The translations under genes and the position numbers were made by a program. The notes under the pieces were generated by a model. It had not been told where the DNA came from. It ran no database searches and saw only the letters and a list, made by a program, of their open reading frames with translations. A stretch of DNA of 64,000 nucleotides, from contig CAWEYL010000001.1 of assembly GCA_963813335.1 (NCBI GenBank), forward strand, positions 896,001 to 960,000, read 5' to 3'. Positions 47,950 to 57,353 of this stretch are shown one piece after another. Origin of the DNA: an uncultured Chloroflexia bacterium (GTDB lineage: Bacteria > Chloroflexota > Limnocylindria > Limnocylindrales > CSP1-4). How positions within the stretch are numbered: position 1 is the first letter of the stretch; each line of letters starts with the position of its first letter.

Positions 47950-49887
47950 TCAGGCCTGGTCGGCCGCGTCCCCGCGCTCGACGGCGCGCCGCAGGTCGTC
48001 CTCGCGACCCGCCGCCCGCCGACGGTCGTGCTGCGAGAGCAGCCGCTTGCGCAGCCTGATCGAGAGCGGGGTCACCTCGACGAGCTCGTCGTCGGCGATG
48101 AACTCGATCGCGGTCTCCAGCGTGATCTCGCGCGGCGGTGTCAGGCGCAACGATTCGTCGTGCGAGTGGGTCCGGATGTTGGTGAGCTTCTTCTCCTTGG
48201 TCGGGTTGACGTCCATGTCGCCCGACCGGCTGTTCTCGCCGACGATCATCCCCTCGTAGGTCTCGACCCCGGCGCCGATGAACAGCTCGGCGCGCTGCTC
48301 GAGGTTGAACAGGCCGTAGGCGTTGGACGTGCCGGCCCGGTCGCTGACCAGCACGCCGTTGGTCCGGTGCGTGACCTCGCCGGCCCACGGGCCGTACCCC
48401 TCGCCGATCTGGTGCAGCAGCGCCGTGCCGCGCGTCTCGGTCAGCAGCTGGCCGCGGTAGCCGATCAGGCCGCGGACCGGCAGCACGAACTCCATCCGGA
48501 CCCGTCCGTCGGTATCGGTCGACATCTGGTCGAGGCGGCCCTTCCGGCCGGCCATCGCGCTCTGGATCTCGCCGATGTACTCGGGCGGGATGTCGACGGT
48601 GATCCGCTCGTACGGCTCGTGGACCTCGCCGCCGACCTCGCGCAGGAGGACCTCCGGTCGCGATGCGGTGAGCTCGTAGCCCTCGCGGCGCATCTGCTCG
48701 ATGAGGACGGCCAGCTGGAGCTCGCCGCGGCCGCGGACCTCGAACGCCTCGCTCGACTCGGCCGGGCGGATCTCGATCGAGACGTTGCCGAGCACCTCCT
48801 TCTCGAGGCGGGCCTTGATCTGGCGGCTGGTGACGTACTTGCCCTCGCGGCCGGCCAGCGGCGAGGTGTTCACGCCGAACGTCATCCGCAGGGTCGGGGC
48901 GTCGACGTCGAGCCGGGGCAGCGGTCGCGGGTCGGCCGGCTCGGTCAGGGTGTCGCCGATGGTGACCTCGGGCAGGCCCGCCACGCTGACGATGTCGCCC
49001 GGGCCGGCCTCCTCGATGTCGATCCGCTCGATCCCGTGCGCCGTCTGCAGGCTGGTGACCGTCCCGGTCAGGGTGATGGTCCGGCCGGGCTCGACGGAGC
49101 CCGCCGTGTCGGCGGCCTCCTCGCGCACGATGGCGACGCGCTGGCCGGTGCGGATCGTGCCGTTCCAGATGCGCCCGACCGCCATCCGCCCGACGTAGTC
49201 GTTCGCGGACAGGTTCGTGACCAGGAGCTGGAGCGGATGGCCGGGCACGTACGACGGCGGCGGCGTGACCTCGATCAGCAGGTCGAGCAGCGGCCGCAGG
49301 TCCGTGCCCGGCACGGCCAGGTCGCGGGTCGCGGTGCCGGTCTTCGCGTTCGTGTAGACGATCGGGAACTCGATCTGGTGCTCGTCGGCGCCGAGGTCGA
49401 GGAAGAGCTCGTAGATGTCGTCGAGGACCGTGCCCGGGCGGGCGTCGCCGCGGTCGATCTTGTTGATCGCGACCACCACGGGGAGATGCCGCGCCATCGC
49501 CTTCTGGAGGACGTAGCGCGTCTGCGGGAGCGGCCCCTCGGCCGCGTCCACGAGGAGCAGCACCGAGTCGACCATCAGCAGCGAGCGCTCGACCTCGCCG
49601 CCGAAGTCCGCGTGTCCGGGCGTGTCGACGATGTTGAGGCGGTACCCGGCGTGGTCGACGGTGGTCTGCTTGGCGAGGATCGTGATGCCCTTCTCGCGCT
49701 CGAGGTCGCCCGAGTCCATGACCCGGTCGACGACCGCCTGGTTGGCGCGGAAGGTCCCGGTCTGGCGGAGCATCGCGTCGACGAGGGTGGTCTTGCCATG
49801 GTCGACATGGGCCACGATGGCGATGTTGCGCAGCTCGGCGCGGATCGCGCTGGGCATGGCGGCGCTGGCGACGGTGGTGTCGGTCAT
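47950..49887 (-). CDS. typA: Translational GTPase TypA/BipA
   Basis: [45 protein letters not shown]. Confidence 0.97.
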   Translation of the reverse strand: MTDTTVASAAMPSAIRAELRNIAIVAHVDHGKTTLVDAMLRQTGTFRANQAVVDRVMDSGDLEREKGITILAKQTTVDHAGYRLNIVDTPGHADFGGEVERSLLMVDSVLLLVDAAEGPLPQTRYVLQKAMARHLPVVVAINKIDRGDARPGTVLDDIYELFLDLGADEHQIEFPIVYTNAKTGTATRDLAVPGTDLRPLLDLLIEVTPPPSYVPGHPLQLLVTNLSANDYVGRMAVGRIWNGTIRTGQRVAIVREEAADTAGSVEPGRTITLTGTVTSLQTAHGIERIDIEEAGPGDIVSVAGLPEVTIGDTLTEPADPRPLPRLDVDAPTLRMTFGVNTSPLAGREGKYVTSRQIKARLEKEVLGNVSIEIRPAESSEAFEVRGRGELQLAVLIEQMRREGYELTASRPEVLLREVGGEVHEPYERITVDIPPEYIGEIQSAMAGRKGRLDQMSTDTDGRVRMEFVLPVRGLIGYRGQLLTETRGTALLHQIGEGYGPWAGEVTHRTNGVLVSDRAGTSNAYGLFNLEQRAELFIGAGVETYEGMIVGENSRSGDMDVNPTKEKKLTNIRTHSHDESLRLTPPREITLETAIEFIADDELVEVTPLSIRLRKRLLSQHDRRRAAGREDDLRRAVERGDAADQA

Positions 49888-49958
49888 GGGGCGCGCAGTG
49901 TCGCATATCGCCGGACGGAGCGCCGCCGGGTCAACGGCTGCGGTAGCATCGCCGTCCG

Positions 49959-50630
49959 ATGACCGTCGCCGCCGTGATCCTGTCCGCCTCCGCCGAGGGG
50001 GCCCTCGCCGACGCCCAGGGCCAGGCGCGCGTCCGTCGCCTCGCCGACCTGGCCTGGTCGGGCGGTGCGCTGCCGATCGTGGTGGTCTCGCCCGACCCGG
50101 ATGGGGCCGTCGCGAAGGCGTTGCTCGACTCCGAGGCGGTCCACGGGTCGCCGGCACCCCAGGAGGCGGGGCCCGTGGGGCAGATGGTCCGCGGCATCGA
50201 GCTGGCCGCGGCGGAGGTCACGGACCTCGACGCGGCCCTCATCTGGCCGGCCCGCATGACCTGGGTCGGTCCCGAGACGGTCACCTCGCTCATCGAGGCG
50301 CACGGCACCGCGCGCGACACGGTCCTGCGTCCCGGGTGGCACGGCGACCCGGGCTGGCCGGTGCTCGTCCCGCTCGCCCATCTGGGGGTGCTGCGCGCCG
50401 TGGCGCCCGACCGGATGCCGCCCGACGTGATCGCCGACCTGGCGGCCGCCGCGCCGACGCGCATCGTGGAGCTGGGCGACCCCGGGGTCATCTTCGACAC
50501 CGACACGCCCGAGGCCGACCTGCCCGCCTACGAAGGCCCGCCCGATCCCCCGGCCGGGCACACCCACGAGTGGGGCGACGATGTCATCGCTGAGGCGCGG
50601 CTTCCCGACCCGGACGCCGCCGGCGGCTAG
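49959..50630 (+). CDS. Divergent MobA/MocA-like NTP-transferase-fold protein
   Basis: VAAVIL N-terminus, ALIWPARM and GWPVLV...VIFDTDTP pattern, degenerate nucleotide loop. Confidence 0.6.
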   Translation: MTVAAVILSASAEGALADAQGQARVRRLADLAWSGGALPIVVVSPDPDGAVAKALLDSEAVHGSPAPQEAGPVGQMVRGIELAAAEVTDLDAALIWPARMTWVGPETVTSLIEAHGTARDTVLRPGWHGDPGWPVLVPLAHLGVLRAVAPDRMPPDVIADLAAAAPTRIVELGDPGVIFDTDTPEADLPAYEGPPDPPAGHTHEWGDDVIAEARLPDPDAAGG

Positions 50631-50642
50631 GCCGGGCCGGTC

Positions 50643-51569
50643 TCACCAGTCGCAGGGGGCGTCCCCGGACGGCTGCTCCCAGGCATCGAGATGCACGTAG
50701 GTGAAGCCGGCGTCGAGGTGGCCGTGTGCCGACGACCCGGGCTGCCGCACCAAAGTCACCACCACGTGGCCGTCGCGGTAGCGCTGCGTCGCCAGGTCGA
50801 TCCCGAGGACGACGCTCGGACCCTCGGCTTCGAGTGCCGCGGCGCGGGTCGCGGACGGGTCGGCGGAGCCGAACCAGATCCCCGGCCCCATCGCGATCGG
50901 CGGCGCCTCCGCCAGCATGAACGTCTCATCGCCCGACTCGTCGGGGCTGCTCCAGTGGATCACGACCGCGTCGTCGCCGCCGGGGAACCATTCGCTGCGG
51001 CTCCAGTGCCAGTCGGCGGTGATCGTGGCGCTCCCCTGCCCCGTGGCTGGGTCGTCTGCACAGGTCACGTGCACGTCCATCGCGATGTCGTCCGGGTGCA
51101 GGCCGAGCAGCGCGCCGGCGCCCGTGATGGCGGCGGCCGCCAGGGCCGGCCCGGCGAGGCCCAGCCCGAGGGCGAGGGTCACCGCCACGACGGGCCTGGT
51201 CAGGCTGATCCGCCGGCCGCCGACCGGCCGCGGGTCCGCGAGGAGCACGATCACCGCGCCGATGGCCGCGAGCGGGAACGTGATGGTCGCGTGCGTCAAG
51301 TCGTAGACGACGTCCACCACCCCGCTGACGATCAGCAGCCAGCAGGCGACGATCGTCGCCGGGACGGCCCACGGCCGGTCATGGTCCAGCCCGCGGACCA
51401 GGACTGCCGAGCCGGCGATGACGAGCCCGTATGCGGTGACGATGAACGCCCGGATCGGCCACGGCAGGTCGATCGCGAACACCAGCACGAGGCCGATCGC
51501 CGCGAGGAAGGCGAGCAGGACGAACAGGATCGTGGCGCGGTTGTGGAAGCGAACGGCGCGATCGTCCAT
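50643..51569 (-). CDS. Hypothetical multi-TM protein with C-terminal extracytoplasmic domain
   Basis: About five hydrophobic helices then a beta-rich domain; GAGGG SD. Confidence 0.65.
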   Translation of the reverse strand: MDDRAVRFHNRATILFVLLAFLAAIGLVLVFAIDLPWPIRAFIVTAYGLVIAGSAVLVRGLDHDRPWAVPATIVACWLLIVSGVVDVVYDLTHATITFPLAAIGAVIVLLADPRPVGGRRISLTRPVVAVTLALGLGLAGPALAAAAITGAGALLGLHPDDIAMDVHVTCADDPATGQGSATITADWHWSRSEWFPGGDDAVVIHWSSPDESGDETFMLAEAPPIAMGPGIWFGSADPSATRAAALEAEGPSVVLGIDLATQRYRDGHVVVTLVRQPGSSAHGHLDAGFTYVHLDAWEQPSGDAPCDW

Positions 51570-51613
51570 CGGTTCCCCTCAGGCACGGCCGGGATGCCGC
51601 GCCCACGGGCATC

Positions 51614-52558
51614 CTACGCGGCCGTCCCCCCGGAGGCGAGGCCGCCCTGGAGGTTGTCGCGGACGCGGGCGATGGTGCCGGTGGCGAGCGCCAGCCCGAG
51701 CACGACGAGGCCGACGCCCGCGATCTGCCCGCCAGAGGGGGCTTCGCCCAGCAGGATGATCGCGAGGATCACCGTCATCACCGGCTGCGCGAGCAGGATC
51801 GCCGAGGTCAGCACGGCCGGCAGCCGCGGCAGCGAAACCTGGATCAGCAGGTAGCCGATCGACTGGCTCGAGATGCCGTACGCCAGCAGATAGGCGTGGG
51901 CCGGCAGCGACGGGACCAGGTCGAGGTCGCCGACGAGCGCGCCGAAGAGCCCGGCGGCGAGCGCGCACACGAGCGTCGCGACCGCGACCGGGCCGGCCGG
52001 CCGGAACGTGGGCGATGCCCGCCGGATCACCAGCAGGTAGCCGGCGTAGGACGTCGCGGTGATGAGCCCGATGGCTACGCCGAGCTGGGCGTTCACGCCG
52101 TAGGGGATGCCGCCGACGATGCCCGAGATCAGGACGACGCCGAACAGCATCAGCGGCAGGGCGACCATCACCTCCCGGCGCGGGCGCTCGCCCCACAGGA
52201 GCCACGCCGCGATGGCGACGATGACGACCTGGAGGTTGCCCATGATCGTGGCGAGGCCGGCGCCGATGTCGTCGACGACGTAGTGGAAGGTCAGGAGGTC
52301 GGCGGCGAAGAAGACCCCGGCGAGCGCCGACAGCCCGACCGTGCGCCGGCCCATCGGGCCGGCGGAGCGCCACTCCAGCCAGGCGGCCAGCGCCAGCAGC
52401 GGCAGGCCGTAGAGGCAGCGGAACACGACGCCGGTGGACGGCGACACCCCCGACCAGCGGTAGAAGATGCCCGAGAAGGCGATCGCGGTGGCACCGAGCA
52501 GCGCGGCGCTGCGCGGGAAGCGCCCGAGCCGATCGAGCGGGCCGTTGCCCTGGCTCAG
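51614..52558 (-). CDS. EamA/DMT family transporter (apparent CTG start)
   Basis: About ten TMs; GAGLATIMGNLQ, WGER and LLGE motifs; first TM (ALLGATAIAFSGIF) is upstream of GTG 52447. Confidence 0.88.
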   Translation of the reverse strand: MSQGNGPLDRLGRFPRSAALLGATAIAFSGIFYRWSGVSPSTGVVFRCLYGLPLLALAAWLEWRSAGPMGRRTVGLSALAGVFFAADLLTFHYVVDDIGAGLATIMGNLQVVIVAIAAWLLWGERPRREVMVALPLMLFGVVLISGIVGGIPYGVNAQLGVAIGLITATSYAGYLLVIRRASPTFRPAGPVAVATLVCALAAGLFGALVGDLDLVPSLPAHAYLLAYGISSQSIGYLLIQVSLPRLPAVLTSAILLAQPVMTVILAIILLGEAPSGGQIAGVGLVVLGLALATGTIARVRDNLQGGLASGGTAA

Positions 52559-52568
52559 TGGATCGCGC

Positions 52569-54440
52569 CTACGACCGCTTCTCGGGGACGCCGACGAAGC
52601 GCAGGCCGAGCTCCTCGTACTGGCTCGGCTCGGGCGGCGACGGGGCCTCGAGCATCGGGTCCGTGCCGGACTGGGTCTTGGGGAAGGCCATGACCTCGCG
52701 GATATTGGTCTGGCCGGCGAAGATCATCGCCCAGCGGTCGATGCCGAGCGCGATACCGCCGTGGGGCGGCGCGCCGTAGTCGAAGGCGTCGAGGACGGCC
52801 CCGAACTTCTCGTGCATGCCCTCGACGGACTGGCCCTGGAGCCGGAAGCTGCGCTCCAGCAGGTCGCGCCGATGGATGCGGATCGAGCCGCCGCCGAGCT
52901 CCCAGCCGTTGAGCGCCAGGTCGTACTGCATCGCGCGGGCGCGTCCGGCCGGGTCGCCGGGGCTCGGCCGGTCGGGGTCGCCGGTGGTGGTCACGAGCAT
53001 CGCCTCGTCCTCCGGGACCACGCCGCTGAACGGGTTGTGGGTCGCATGCCAGCGTTCGTTCTCGGGATCCCACTCGTACATCGGGAAGCGATGGATCCAC
53101 GCGTACGAGAGCACGTCCGGATCCGCCAGCCCGAGCTGCTCGCCGAGCTCGACCCGCAGCCGCCCGAGCACGTCGCCGGTGACAGCGGCACTGTCGGCCA
53201 CGATCAGCAGCAGGTCGCCCTCCCCCGCCCCGCTCCGCTCGAGCAGCGCCCGCTTCGTGTCGTCGGACAGGAACTTGGCGATCGGTCCCTTGGCGTCGCC
53301 GTCGGCGCCGAACGCGAGATGCGCCAGCCCGCGGGCGCCGAAGCGCTTGGCGCGCTCGGTCAGCTCGTCGATCTCGCGCCGCGTCGCGCCGCCCATCCCG
53401 GGTGCCACGATGCCGCGCACCCGGCCACCGCCGGCAAGCGTGTCGTCGAAGACGCTGAAGCCCGAAGCCGGCGCCCCGTCGGGATCGACCAGCGCCGGGG
53501 CCAGGTCGACCAGCTCCATCCCGAAGCGCAGGTCCGGCTTGTCGGACCCGTAGCGCTCCATGACCTCGTCGTACGTGTACATCGGGAACGGGACCTGGGC
53601 GATCGGCCGGTCCGGGGCGGTCGCCTTCGACACCGCGATCGCCATCGATTCGACGAAGGCCATGACGGTCGCCTCGTCGACGAAGCTCATCTCGAGGTCG
53701 AGCTGCGTGAACTCCGGCTGGCGGTCGCCGCGCAGGTCCTCGTCGCGGTAGCAGCGGGCGATCTGGAAGTAGCGATCGATCCCGGCGACCATCAGCAGCT
53801 GCTTGAGCTGCTGCGGGCTCTGCGGCAGGGCGTAGACGGTGCCCGGCTGGAGGCGCGAGGGGACCACGAAGTCGCGCGCACCCTCGGGCGTGCTCTTGAT
53901 CAGGGTCGGCGTCTCGACCTCGACGAAGCCGTGCGCGTGATGGACCTCGCGGATGGCGTGGACCATGCGCGACCGGAGCAGGAGCCGGTCGGCCATCGGC
54001 TGGCGCCGGATGTCGAGATAGCGGTACTTGAGCCGCACGATCTCGTCGACCGGTGCGTCGGGCTCGTTGATGTAGAAGGGCGGCGTCTTCGCCTCCGACA
54101 GGATCTCGATGCCCGTCGCCTGCAGCTCGATCGCGCCCGTCGGCAGCCTCGGGTTCTCGGTCCCCGGCAGGCGCAGCGCGACGGTTCCGACCGCGCTGAC
54201 CACGAACTCCGGCCGGATCCGGTCCGCGTCGGCGTGGGCGGTCGGGGCGTCGGCCTTGTCGATCACGACCTGGGTGATGCCATGGCGGTCGCGCAGGTCC
54301 AGGAAGATCAGCTGGCCGTGGTCGCGACGGCGGTGCACCCAGCCCGACAGCCGGGCGCTGGCGCCGGCGTCCGCGGCGCGCAGCTCCCCGTTGGTGTGCG
54401 TGCGGTAGGGCGTGGCGAGGCTGGGTCGGGTGTCGGTCAT
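52569..54440 (-). CDS. aspS: Aspartate--tRNA ligase
   Basis: YRTH, STPEGARDF, ALPQSPQ, DRQPEFTQ, PPHGGIALGIDR. Confidence 0.98.
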   Translation of the reverse strand: MTDTRPSLATPYRTHTNGELRAADAGASARLSGWVHRRRDHGQLIFLDLRDRHGITQVVIDKADAPTAHADADRIRPEFVVSAVGTVALRLPGTENPRLPTGAIELQATGIEILSEAKTPPFYINEPDAPVDEIVRLKYRYLDIRRQPMADRLLLRSRMVHAIREVHHAHGFVEVETPTLIKSTPEGARDFVVPSRLQPGTVYALPQSPQQLKQLLMVAGIDRYFQIARCYRDEDLRGDRQPEFTQLDLEMSFVDEATVMAFVESMAIAVSKATAPDRPIAQVPFPMYTYDEVMERYGSDKPDLRFGMELVDLAPALVDPDGAPASGFSVFDDTLAGGGRVRGIVAPGMGGATRREIDELTERAKRFGARGLAHLAFGADGDAKGPIAKFLSDDTKRALLERSGAGEGDLLLIVADSAAVTGDVLGRLRVELGEQLGLADPDVLSYAWIHRFPMYEWDPENERWHATHNPFSGVVPEDEAMLVTTTGDPDRPSPGDPAGRARAMQYDLALNGWELGGGSIRIHRRDLLERSFRLQGQSVEGMHEKFGAVLDAFDYGAPPHGGIALGIDRWAMIFAGQTNIREVMAFPKTQSGTDPMLEAPSPPEPSQYEELGLRFVGVPEKRS

Positions 54441-54496
54441 GGCCGGCGTATCGTAGTCGACGCGGGGGGACCGGACCGGATCCCAGGAGGATCGAG

Positions 54497-54877
54497 ATGC
54501 TCGCCCAGCGACGGGCGCACACGGCGCTGCCGACCCACGATGTCGACGCGCTCCGACCCTTCTACGAGGACGTCCTCGGATTCACCCCTCGCGCGATCCG
54601 GACGGGCGCGGTCGTCTACGACGCCGGCGAGGGATCGCTGTTCGCGATCTCGAGGAGCGGCGCGCCGTCGACCTCGACCCACACGCAGATGGCCTTCACG
54701 GTCCCCGACATCGAGGCGGCGGTCGCCGCCCTGCAGGGGCGTGGCGTGGTCTTCGAGGCGTACGAGACGCCGAAGACCGAGGGCGGCATCGCGAGGATCG
54801 GTCCCGGGCGTGCCGCGTGGTTCAAGGACCCGCACGGCAACCTGCTCGCGCTCCTCGAGTTCGACGACCCCGTCTGA
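54497..54877 (+). CDS. VOC/glyoxalase family protein
   Basis: FYEDVLGF and AWFKDPHGNLL; AGGAGG SD. Confidence 0.9.
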   Translation: MLAQRRAHTALPTHDVDALRPFYEDVLGFTPRAIRTGAVVYDAGEGSLFAISRSGAPSTSTHTQMAFTVPDIEAAVAALQGRGVVFEAYETPKTEGGIARIGPGRAAWFKDPHGNLLALLEFDDPV

Positions 54878-54902
54878 CCGCGGTCTCGCCTGAACCGAGC
54901 GG

Positions 54903-55205
54903 TCAGGCGTCGCGGCCGCGCAGCAACGAGACGCGGAACGGGCGGAGCTCGCCACGCGCGTAGCCGCCGGCGATGACCGGGTCCTCCTCCATGAACCGGC
55001 GCGCAGCGTCCTCATCTGGCGCCTCGAAGATCGTGATGCCGGTGTTGACGCTGCCGAGCGTCGGCCCGACGAGGATCAGGATGCCGTCCGCCAGGGCCTG
55101 CTCGAACCGCTCGAAATGGACGCCCCAGACGGCCCCCTCCTCGTCGGTCATGGTCGCCGCGAAGTCGGCGCGGAGCGGGTGGATGAAGTAGATCCATTCG
55201 GCCAT
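54903..55205 (-). CDS. YciI-like protein
   Basis: HFERF...ILVGPT...IFEA...EDP pattern. Confidence 0.8.
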   Translation of the reverse strand: MAEWIYFIHPLRADFAATMTDEEGAVWGVHFERFEQALADGILILVGPTLGSVNTGITIFEAPDEDAARRFMEEDPVIAGGYARGELRPFRVSLLRGRDA

Positions 55206-55212
55206 GCGACGG

Positions 55213-55992
55213 TCACTCCTTCCGCAGGCGCCAGATCGACTCCGCCGGCCAGCGGCGCGCCCAGGCCACGTCCTCCGGATCCCGATACGAGCTGACGGCG
55301 CCCTCTGGCGGTCGCGGCTCGATGAGGTCCTCCACGATGAACCCGTTGTCCCGGAACAGCCGGATCCAGGTGCCGTACGGCAGGTTGAAGGTGATCTCGC
55401 CGTCATCCTCGATGCGGCGCAGGTCGAAGTAGTCGATGAGCAGGCGGTCGCCCATGTGCTCATCGCCGGCTGGCCACACCAGGTCGGCGATCGCCGACCC
55501 GTGGCTGAACGCGAACAAGCCACCGGAACGGAGCAGTCGTGCCGCCTCGGGCACGGTCCGGTACGGATCTGCGAAGGTCATCGCGCCGTGGTCGCAGAAG
55601 ACGATGTCGAAGCTGGCGTCGGGCAGCGGGACGCGCTCGGCGCTCGCGTGGACCAGCCGGACGTCCACGCCGGCGGCATCGACCAGCCGCCGGGCGTGCT
55701 CCAGCTGTCGCGCCGACAGGTCGATCCCGACGGTGCGCGCTCCACGCTTCGCGAGCGCGATCGACCACTGGGCCGCGCCGCAGCCGAACTCGAGGACGTC
55801 CTTGCCGGCGACGTCGCCCAGCACGTGGAGCTCTTCCTCGGGGATCTGGAACATGCCCCAGGCGTATCCGTCGTGGGTCGCCAGCTGGTCGCCGTGGAGG
55901 GCCTGGTACTCGTCCGAGTAGGCGTCCCACGACGCGCGGTTCTGCGCCTCGTGCTCGCGCAGGCTGTCGGTCGTCTCGGGGTCGTTGGTCAT
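55213..55992 (-). CDS. Class I SAM-dependent methyltransferase
   Basis: VLEFGCGAA, GIDLS, SFDIV, RLLRSGG. Confidence 0.9.
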   Translation of the reverse strand: MTNDPETTDSLREHEAQNRASWDAYSDEYQALHGDQLATHDGYAWGMFQIPEEELHVLGDVAGKDVLEFGCGAAQWSIALAKRGARTVGIDLSARQLEHARRLVDAAGVDVRLVHASAERVPLPDASFDIVFCDHGAMTFADPYRTVPEAARLLRSGGLFAFSHGSAIADLVWPAGDEHMGDRLLIDYFDLRRIEDDGEITFNLPYGTWIRLFRDNGFIVEDLIEPRPPEGAVSSYRDPEDVAWARRWPAESIWRLRKE

Positions 55993-57302
55993 GCCACTCC
56001 TCCGCCCCTCCCATCGCCGTGGTGGTGCGCCCCATGCGCCCGGGCCACCTCGCGGCCAAGGTCCGCGAGCGGGACACCTTTCTGCGTGCCGGCCGGCAGG
56101 TCGCGCAGGAGCACCTCGCCGTCCGCAAGCTCGTCGCCGACGATCACCGCGAAATGCGCCCCGTCGCGGGCCGCCGCCTCGAGCTGCTTGCCGAGCTTGC
56201 GCCGCGAGAGCTCGGCGCGCGCCGCGATGCCGGCCGCGCGCAGCTCCGTGGCGATGACCAGGCGGGCCGACGTGTCGTCCGGATCGGCGCCCACGACCAC
56301 CGCGACCGGTGCGGCGGTGGCGTCCGTCACCGTGGCACCGGCCGCCGCCAGCGCGAGGACCACGCGGTCCAGCCCGATCCCGAAGCCGATCCCCGGCGTC
56401 GGCCGGCCGCCGAGCAGCTCCACCAGGCCGTCGTAGCGGCCGCCCCCGCCGACCGCCTGCTGCTGGCCCTCGCGCCCCGCGACGTAGAACTCGAACGCGG
56501 TCCGCGTGTAGTAGTCGAGGCCACGCACGAGGCCCGGCTCGAGGCGGACGCGGACACCGAGCGCGGCCAGGTGCGCCTGGACGGCCGTGAAATGCGCGGC
56601 GCAGGCAGCGCAGAGGTGGTCCGTGATGCGCGGCGCCGCCGCGTTGATCGCGACCATCGCGGGATCCTTCGAATCCAGCAGCCGCAGCGGGTTGCGCGCC
56701 AGGCGCTCGCGCTCGGCGGGCGGCAGGCGGTCGGCGTGCTCGCCGTAGTACGCGGTCAACGCCGCGAGGTACGCCGGTCGGCAGGCCGGATCGCCGATCG
56801 AGTTGAGCGAGACCTCCACGCCCTCGAGGCCGACCTCGCGGAAGTAGCGCGCCCCGAGCTCGATGATCTCGGCATCGACGGCCGGACCGGCATCGCCGAT
56901 GGCCTCCACGTCGAACTGCCAGAACTGGCGGTACCGCCCGGCCTGCGGCCGGTCGTAGCGGAACATCGGGCCGGTCTGGGTCAGCTTCACGGGCTGCGGC
57001 CAGGTCTGCATGCCGTGCTGCACGTAGGCTCGGACGATCCCCGCCGTGGGTTCCGGGCGGAGCGCCCAGGACTCGCCGTCCTCGGTCCGCGGCGCGAGCC
57101 GGAACAGCTCCTTCTCGACGACGTCGGTGACCTCGCCGATGCCGCGCTCGAAGACGTCGGCCTGCTCGAACAGCGGTGTCTCGATGCGCTGGTACCCGTA
57201 GCGCGCGGCGAGGTCGGCGGCGGTCCGCTCGAGGCGCGACCAGGTCGGCGTCTCGGTTGGCAGCAGGTCGCGCGTGCCGCGCGGGGCTCGGAAGGTCGGC
57301 AT
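55989..57302 (-). CDS. hisS: Histidine--tRNA ligase
   Basis: PRGTRD, LRPEPTA, RPQAGRYRQF, LVRGLDYY, GGGRYDGL. Confidence 0.97.
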   Translation of the reverse strand: MPTFRAPRGTRDLLPTETPTWSRLERTAADLAARYGYQRIETPLFEQADVFERGIGEVTDVVEKELFRLAPRTEDGESWALRPEPTAGIVRAYVQHGMQTWPQPVKLTQTGPMFRYDRPQAGRYRQFWQFDVEAIGDAGPAVDAEIIELGARYFREVGLEGVEVSLNSIGDPACRPAYLAALTAYYGEHADRLPPAERERLARNPLRLLDSKDPAMVAINAAAPRITDHLCAACAAHFTAVQAHLAALGVRVRLEPGLVRGLDYYTRTAFEFYVAGREGQQQAVGGGGRYDGLVELLGGRPTPGIGFGIGLDRVVLALAAAGATVTDATAAPVAVVVGADPDDTSARLVIATELRAAGIAARAELSRRKLGKQLEAAARDGAHFAVIVGDELADGEVLLRDLPAGTQKGVPLADLGREVARAHGAHHHGDGRGGGVA

Positions 57303-57353
57303 CGGGCCGAGTCTAGCGGCCGCGGACCGGCGCGGGCGAGGTCAGCCGACCCG

